A stretch of 64,000 nucleotides of DNA, taken from Candidatus Omnitrophota bacterium. GTDB lineage: Bacteria > Omnitrophota > Gorgyraeia > Zapsychrales > Fredricksoniimonadaceae. Positions 58,743 through 64,000 of the stretch are shown one piece after another. The first letter of the stretch is position 1. The number at the start of each line of letters is the position of its first letter. The stretch spans positions 21,558 to 85,557 of the forward strand of contig CAIOPG010000004.1 in the NCBI GenBank assembly GCA_903860135.1, given 5' to 3'. Made by a program: the position numbers and the translations under genes. The notes under the pieces were generated by a model. That model was not told where the DNA came from, did no database searches, and was given only the letters and a program-made list of their open reading frames with translations.

Positions 58743-60073
58743 TCTACCTCTTGCCGGCAATCCTCTCCATCGCCCTTGGCGTCCTGACCCTTAAAGCCAT
58801 CCTCAAAGACAGGCTCCCGGGGGCACTGCTTGTTTTCTTTCTAGGCTCAACACTCGGACTGGGCCTCAGCGGCTTCCTGACTTTTACAAGCTTCATTCTT
58901 TTCAACAAACTACTCACGCCCTTTGTCATCGTGTGCCATCTGGGAGCCCTCGGCTACCTCGGCATGATCCTGAAAAAATCCGGGCACCTAGACTTTACAG
59001 GCCTCGTGCGCTCCATACGTCGTCAAGATATCTTGGCTCTCTGCGCCATCGCGGCACTGGTCATCCCCATGATCCTGTTCACCCGGCTTTATCCTTACGG
59101 CGGCTGGGACGCCTGGGGCTTCTGGAACACCAAGGCCAGGTTCCTATTCCTCGGCGGAACGAACTGGACAGGCATGTTCGACCCAGCCCTGTGGCGCGTC
59201 CAGACATCCTACCCCTTTCTTTTGCCCCTGATCAATGTCTGGTTCTGGTCATTTGGCACCAGCGCGACCTACGCGGTTCCCGCAGCTATGACCTGTATCA
59301 TCCCGTTTCTAACCGCCGGACTGCTTTACAGCCTCCTCATGGAAATGACAAAAAAACCCTGGGCCATCCTGGCACCGGTTTGGATCTTCACCAACATGTT
59401 CACGATCCAGCTGGCCGCCAGCCAGTACAGCGATCTTCTGCTCGGTCTTTTCCTGCTGGCCGCCGTGGCCATGTTCATCCTTGCCCAAACAAAACAAGAC
59501 AACGCCTTCCTCATCCTGACAGGTCTGTTCCTGGGCATGATGGCTTTTACAAAAGTTGACGGCACCGCCCTCGCCGTTCTCACCCTGACCGCCGCCAGCG
59601 TCTTCACCCTCTGCAACACGCCCCCAAGCACCGTCCGTCGGCAAGCAATGGTCTTTCTTTTGACGGCCGCCACCGTAGCCGCCACCCCGCTCCTTGTTTT
59701 CCTGCTGGCCTACGCGCCCGCGAACAAACACATCTTCACCAACGGCTTGTTTTCACCCGATCATCCAACGTCTGTGGCGCGCCTTACCACCGTCCTTATC
59801 ATGTCTGGCCAGGAATTCATCAACCTGCGATGGAGTGGTTTATGGCTCGTCTTGGGCCTGATGTTTATCCTGGCGAGACCACACCAAAGCCTGCGCCCGG
59901 CTCTGCGCCTTATCCCCACTATTCTCGGCTCCTATTTTCTGGTATGCCTGATCACCTACACCATCAACACGGCTTATCCAGTGGCCTGGTGGATCGACTC
60001 CAGCTTCAACCGCATCGTCCTCGCCCTTATTCCAACGGTAACGCTCTGGGCTTTCCTGTCCCACGAAAAATAA
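58739..60073 (+). CDS. Polytopic GT-C-like membrane glycosyltransferase
   Basis: More than 10 TMs, loop motif WDAWGFWNTKAR, YP.LLP, YSD, TK.DG typical of ArnT/PMT-like proteins. Confidence 0.75.
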   Translation: MIYLLPAILSIALGVLTLKAILKDRLPGALLVFFLGSTLGLGLSGFLTFTSFILFNKLLTPFVIVCHLGALGYLGMILKKSGHLDFTGLVRSIRRQDILALCAIAALVIPMILFTRLYPYGGWDAWGFWNTKARFLFLGGTNWTGMFDPALWRVQTSYPFLLPLINVWFWSFGTSATYAVPAAMTCIIPFLTAGLLYSLLMEMTKKPWAILAPVWIFTNMFTIQLAASQYSDLLLGLFLLAAVAMFILAQTKQDNAFLILTGLFLGMMAFTKVDGTALAVLTLTAASVFTLCNTPPSTVRRQAMVFLLTAATVAATPLLVFLLAYAPANKHIFTNGLFSPDHPTSVARLTTVLIMSGQEFINLRWSGLWLVLGLMFILARPHQSLRPALRLIPTILGSYFLVCLITYTINTAYPVAWWIDSSFNRIVLALIPTVTLWAFLSHEK

Positions 60074-60106
60074 AGCCCCCGTTCTTTTTCAAGAACGAGG
60101 GCTTTT
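60072..60106. terminator. Bidirectional intrinsic terminator
   Basis: AAAGCCCCCGTTCTT-TTTC-AAGAACGAGGGCTTTT between convergent genes. Confidence 0.85.
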
Positions 60107-60128
60107 GTAACGCAACGATGAATTGATG

Positions 60129-60602
60129 TTACCGTTTGATATCCACCAGCTTGAAACGCTTCACCCCGGCCGGAACCGTAATGCTCACCTCATCTCCGAC
60201 CCGGTGCGTGAGAAGACCATTACCGATGGGCGAAAAGACAGAAATACGGCCTTCGCCAAACTCAGCTTCCTCGGGAGAAACAAGCGTATATTTGATATCT
60301 TTCTTCAGATCAAGGTCAACGAGCGTCACTGTCGCCCCAATGAAAGCCCTGTCCGAAGGAATATTCAGATCCTCAATAAAAGCAACGTCGGACAAAGTTC
60401 CCTCAAGCTGGGAAATGCGCGCCTCATTATGGGCCTGCGCATCCTTGGCCGCATCATACTCGGCATTCTCCGAAATATCCCCTTGCGCCCGCGCTTCACC
60501 AATAGCCTTGGCAATACGCTGACGCTCCGTGGTCTTCAGAGATTCCAGCTGATCCACAAGCTTCTGATAACCTTCCCTACTCAAATAAACTTGTCCGGCC
60601 AT
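60129..60602 (-). CDS. greA: Transcription elongation factor GreA
   Basis: AR.QGDISENAEYDAAK, ISVFSPIG..L. Confidence 0.96.
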   Translation of the reverse strand: MAGQVYLSREGYQKLVDQLESLKTTERQRIAKAIGEARAQGDISENAEYDAAKDAQAHNEARISQLEGTLSDVAFIEDLNIPSDRAFIGATVTLVDLDLKKDIKYTLVSPEEAEFGEGRISVFSPIGNGLLTHRVGDEVSITVPAGVKRFKLVDIKR

Positions 60603-60652
60603 AATCCACCGACCCTGCCCTGAATATCAGCCGGCAGGATCACACTCCTTTC

Positions 60653-60886
60653 TTACATGCTCTCTACGGCTTTTTTCATCACCGGGACAACCGCCTCAAC
60701 CTCAACCTTGGTCATACGGCCAAGCTTGCTGAAACGCCACTCGCCCGACGCATCCTGATTCTCGCGACCAAGCTGAAGCTTTTTCTCTCCGCCATTATAG
60801 GAGAAAACACCGACACTAACGCGCGTCCCGTCAAACACCTGCACATCCTTGAACACTTCCACATCGAGCGACTTGTCGTAAGGCAT
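60653..60886 (-). CDS. Conserved small hypothetical protein
   Basis: 77 aa, AGGAGG RBS, motifs SYNGG..KLQ..R and F.KLGRM. Confidence 0.8.
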   Translation of the reverse strand: MPYDKSLDVEVFKDVQVFDGTRVSVGVFSYNGGEKKLQLGRENQDASGEWRFSKLGRMTKVEVEAVVPVMKKAVESM

Positions 60887-60901
60887 GAAAACCCTCCTGT
60901 G

Positions 60902-61198
60902 TTAAGACAAACCCGGGATATCAAATCCGGGCATTTTTTGCATCTGAACCGCCGCCTCTTTCTGGGCCTTGCGGGTAGCCATATTGATCGCCTTGATCAA
61001 TTCTGTCTGAAACCGGCTCTTCTGTTTGGGATCGAGCCAGCTGTCATCAATTTCAATCGTATTAAAAATCTGCGCGCCGTTCAACTTAAGGCGGATCCCG
61101 CGCACTTCATTGTATTCAATCTCAAGCTTTTCAAGCTCTCTTTTAAGCATATCCGCTTTTTTCTTGAGCTCCAGCATCTTCTTCATCTGATCAAGCAT
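60902..61198 (-). CDS. YbaB/EbfC nucleoid-associated protein
   Basis: N-terminal helix, I.LKLNG....IEID, LI.AIN.A..KA, terminal IPGL. Confidence 0.85.
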   Translation of the reverse strand: MLDQMKKMLELKKKADMLKRELEKLEIEYNEVRGIRLKLNGAQIFNTIEIDDSWLDPKQKSRFQTELIKAINMATRKAQKEAAVQMQKMPGFDIPGLS

Positions 61199-61227
61199 GG
61201 GGGACTCCTTTAATTTATTATTATAAT

Positions 61228-61256
61228 TTTATACTCTAAATATAAATCGTTGGCAA
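61228..61256 (-). promoter_or_regulatory. Sigma70 promoter upstream of the ybaB-like gene
   Basis: TTGCCA-17 bp-TATAAA. Confidence 0.6.
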
Positions 61257-61279
61257 GCAAACTTTCATTTAATAGAAGG

Positions 61280-61573
61280 TCAACGGAATGAAAAGGCGAT
61301 GCCGGATAATGTTGGTACTAGGAAATGCTGTAGAAAGACAATGATCAGAAAAACAACCAGCGGCGAGAGGTCTACCGGCATGGCTGGGAGCAGGCGGCGG
61401 ATCGGTGCGAGCATCGGCTCGGTCGTGCGTTCGAGGAACTGGACAACGGGGTTAAAGGGGTCTGGATTCACCCAGCTGACCAGCGCGCGCACCAGGATCA
61501 GCCAATAAAGCACATTGAGCACAATACCCGTCACCTGCGCCAGGGCGGAGAAAAAATTTGCCAGTACAAACAT
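61280..61573 (-). CDS. yggT: YggT family membrane protein
   Basis: RALVSWVNPDPFNP.VQFL...TEP.LAPIRR, DLSP. Confidence 0.93.
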   Translation of the reverse strand: MFVLANFFSALAQVTGIVLNVLYWLILVRALVSWVNPDPFNPVVQFLERTTEPMLAPIRRLLPAMPVDLSPLVVFLIIVFLQHFLVPTLSGIAFSFR

Positions 61574-61597
61574 CGTGATATCCTTTCGGTCGAAGTA

Positions 61598-62626
61598 TTA
61601 ACCCTGAATGATCGTGCGCGTCGGATAGGGAATAGCGATCCCTTCAGCCGCATAACGCTGGTGCAGGGCTTTGATCAGGTCATGGCGCAACGCCGCTGTA
61701 AATGACCAGTCACTGGCCCTTAAGATCACATTGAAATTAATGCTCGAATCAGCCAGCTCGGTGTAGCGCAGGACAGGTTCAAAAGCACAAACACCGCCGG
61801 GACTTTCTTGCTGGATCAAACGGGCCGCCGCCAGCGTGACACGCTCGACCTTGTCAAGGTCGGACGCATAATGCACCCCGACGGGAACCACGACGGCTGT
61901 CTCCATGTCCGGATAACAGTAATTCAACACCCGGGTATTGACCAGCAGTTTATTGGGCATAACCACGGTGTTGTTGTTGGGCTGGCAGATCCAGGTTGAA
62001 CGCCAGCCGATCTTGGTCACGGTGCCTTCTTCGCCCGACTCCAGCCGGATGAAATGGCCGACCTGAATAGGCTTATCCGTCACAAGCTGTATGCCCGAAA
62101 AAAAATTCTCCAGCGTCGGCTGAAGGGCAAGTGCCACCGCCAGGGAGCCGATACCCAGGGACGCAATGATCGGCGTGATCGAAACCCCGAAGCTGTCGAG
62201 CAGGATCAATGCGCCCAGCCCCATGATGACCACACGGACAAACCCCTGGACAACACCGCTGGACGTGCGCAGGATATCGATCCGGCCCGCGTAAACAGTG
62301 ACGAGCCCCCGTGCGAACTTGTCAAAGAAAAGCACCGTGGCCAGGATCGCCACGGATTTGAAAGCCCCCGGCAGGAAGCGCGCCACATCCACATGTGGAA
62401 TGAGATTCTGCACCACAAGGACACCCGTAGCGCAGATCATCAGGCGCAAGGGAATATCCATGGCACTGAAAAGCATATCGTCCAGTTTTGTTTGCGTCTT
62501 TGACGTGAATTTCCGGACAAGGGCAAACGCGACCTTCTTGGCCGTAAAAAAGAACACCACCCACAGCGTAAACGCCACCGGAACACTCACCCACGGCGAC
62601 CAACGCAACAAATCAACTTCTGTCAT
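61598..62626 (-). CDS. mscS: Small-conductance mechanosensitive channel
   Basis: ASLGIGSLAVALALQ.TL.NFFSG, G.V.KIGWRST, PN, GIAIPYP. Confidence 0.93.
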   Translation of the reverse strand: MTEVDLLRWSPWVSVPVAFTLWVVFFFTAKKVAFALVRKFTSKTQTKLDDMLFSAMDIPLRLMICATGVLVVQNLIPHVDVARFLPGAFKSVAILATVLFFDKFARGLVTVYAGRIDILRTSSGVVQGFVRVVIMGLGALILLDSFGVSITPIIASLGIGSLAVALALQPTLENFFSGIQLVTDKPIQVGHFIRLESGEEGTVTKIGWRSTWICQPNNNTVVMPNKLLVNTRVLNYCYPDMETAVVVPVGVHYASDLDKVERVTLAAARLIQQESPGGVCAFEPVLRYTELADSSINFNVILRASDWSFTAALRHDLIKALHQRYAAEGIAIPYPTRTIIQG

Positions 62627-62643
62627 AACCCCTCCGGCAATTA

Positions 62644-63237
62644 TTAAAAAACCTTGATCAGCGTCCCGTCGATCACGCGCTTTTCAACACGGTCCAGGAT
62701 ACGCTTGGTTTTACGCGACATGTATTTCAGTTCAGCCATGATCGCGCTGATGTCCTTGGTCGTGCGGTTAAAACCCAGCGCCGTGTCGCGCAACACCTCG
62801 GCGATATCATACACGTCAAGCATCACTTCCCCGGCGACAGGATGGGCGATGTCCAACGGCGTTTCATGGGTCCGGCGGGTGATCTCGATATACTTGGCTC
62901 CCAGGACACCCTCGGTCTGCACGGCGATGCGCGTCGACCGCCGGATCTGCGGCTCGAATTTCCTGTAGACATCCAGGACAACCTCGATGCCGCGCCCGTC
63001 AATATCATCGACAATAAAACCGATCCGTTCCACCCGCCCCACCGTAACCCCGGAAAGCCGGACAGGGGCCCCTTCGGTCAATCCACCAACCTTGTCAAAA
63101 AGAACCCGAACAGTGAACTTCGGTTCGGCCAGACCCTTGTTGATGCCTATGAATACAACAACCCCGGCCACAAGGATCACCCCGAGAAAAAAGAAAATAC
63201 CGGCCCAGACCTGTTTGATCACATCATCTTTCGGCAT
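62644..63237 (-). CDS. MlaD/MCE family protein (second paralog)
   Basis: N-terminal TM, VGGLTEGAPVRLSGVTVGRV, EGVLGAKYIEI. Confidence 0.9.
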   Translation of the reverse strand: MPKDDVIKQVWAGIFFFLGVILVAGVVVFIGINKGLAEPKFTVRVLFDKVGGLTEGAPVRLSGVTVGRVERIGFIVDDIDGRGIEVVLDVYRKFEPQIRRSTRIAVQTEGVLGAKYIEITRRTHETPLDIAHPVAGEVMLDVYDIAEVLRDTALGFNRTTKDISAIMAELKYMSRKTKRILDRVEKRVIDGTLIKVF

Positions 63238-63240
63238 AGT

Positions 63241-63957
63241 TCACTCCAGAAATTCCCTGACAAATGGATCCGCCACAGCCCTTAATTCCTGTTCTGTTCC
63301 GCAGGCAACCGCCCGCCCCTGGTGCAAGACCAGCGCACGGTCCGCCGTGCGGAAGGCATTGCGCACATCATGCGTGGTGATGAGCGTTGTACAGCCCAGC
63401 TTCTTCGAAAGATCCCGGATGAGCAGGGAAATATCGCGGCTACGGACAGGGTCAAGCCCCGACGTCGGCTCATCACACAAAAGCACCTTTGAACCCAGTG
63501 CCAGCGCCCGGGCCAGCGCCGCGCGCTTGCGCATCCCTCCGGAAAGCTCCGACGGATACTTGCCTCCTGCCCCGGCCATGTCCACCATCCTCAAAAGCTC
63601 ATCAACCCTGGCCCTGATCACGGCAAGCCCTGACGCTGTATGTTCCCTGAGCGGAAAAGCAATGTTCTCTTCTACGGTCATAAAATCATACAGGGCACTG
63701 TCCTGAAACAGATAGCCCACATGCCGCCTGAACTTCAGAAGCTCCGGTTCCGCCAAACGGGTGACCGCAACCCCGTTGACCTCGATCGCGCCACTATCCG
63801 GCGGCATAAGCCCGATCAGGTTAAGCAGTAACACACTTTTCCCCGTCCCGCTGGAACCCATCACGGCCAGTATCTCACCGTCGGGCACATCAAAGTCAAG
63901 CCCGGCGAGCACCGTCTGACCGTTAAAGGACTTGGAAAGCCCCCGCACCCGGATCAT
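63241..63957 (-). CDS. MlaF-type ABC ATPase (second paralog)
   Basis: GSSGTGKS, FQDSALYD, LSGGMRKR, DEPTSGLDP. Confidence 0.92.
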   Translation of the reverse strand: MIRVRGLSKSFNGQTVLAGLDFDVPDGEILAVMGSSGTGKSVLLLNLIGLMPPDSGAIEVNGVAVTRLAEPELLKFRRHVGYLFQDSALYDFMTVEENIAFPLREHTASGLAVIRARVDELLRMVDMAGAGGKYPSELSGGMRKRAALARALALGSKVLLCDEPTSGLDPVRSRDISLLIRDLSKKLGCTTLITTHDVRNAFRTADRALVLHQGRAVACGTEQELRAVADPFVREFLE

Positions 63958-64000
63958 TGTTCGTAGGCACGGTAACGGTTAACAGCAAAACGGGTATACA
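63954..64000 (-). CDS. 3' end of an upstream gene (partial, unidentified)
   Basis: Frame ...YTRFAVNRYRAYEQ* ends in an ATGA overlap with the ATPase start. Confidence 0.45.
   Translation of the reverse strand, partial: YTRFAVNRYRAYEQ

Overview
A gene-dense chromosomal core region of a diderm, LPS-making bacterium. The gene content (LpxC-FabZ fusion, LpxI, McsA-McsB-ClpC without CtsR, RicT/PSP1) suggests the PVC superphylum, possibly Omnitrophota; this placement is inference. Nearly all genes lie on the minus strand in long housekeeping runs: lysS-lolCD-ilvE-mcsAB-clpC-mlaEFD-radA-ispDF, cysE-cysS-tmk-holB-ricT-metG, bamA-skp-lpxD-lpxC/fabZ-lpxA-lpxI, hisG-TPR-ispE-tRNA-Gln, and glmU-prs-rplY-pth-rpsF-ssb-rpsR-rplI-dnaB. 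The window also holds RNA-modification and ABC-F genes, a PAS hybrid kinase with an Hpt partner, and a sugar-modification cluster. Three small AT-richer islands interrupt the core: a DUF1963 gene (5.4-7.0 kb), a toxin-antitoxin cluster (20.3-21.55 kb) and a BrnT/BrnA plus GIY-YIG islet behind tRNA-Gln. The most notable unexplained structure is a short motif (about AAARYAR-N1-2-RTRTC) seen 8 times at unit boundaries of the first two islands, sometimes supplying the stop codon of the upstream gene, with no recombinase in the window. Also noted: a 33-aa bS22/mS38-like gene missed by the ORF track, a hicB gene fused tail-to-tail with another TA module, a CysE with an N-terminal hydrophobic helix, and a probable leaderless bamA operon. 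No CRISPR array, rRNA, integrase or transposase was seen.
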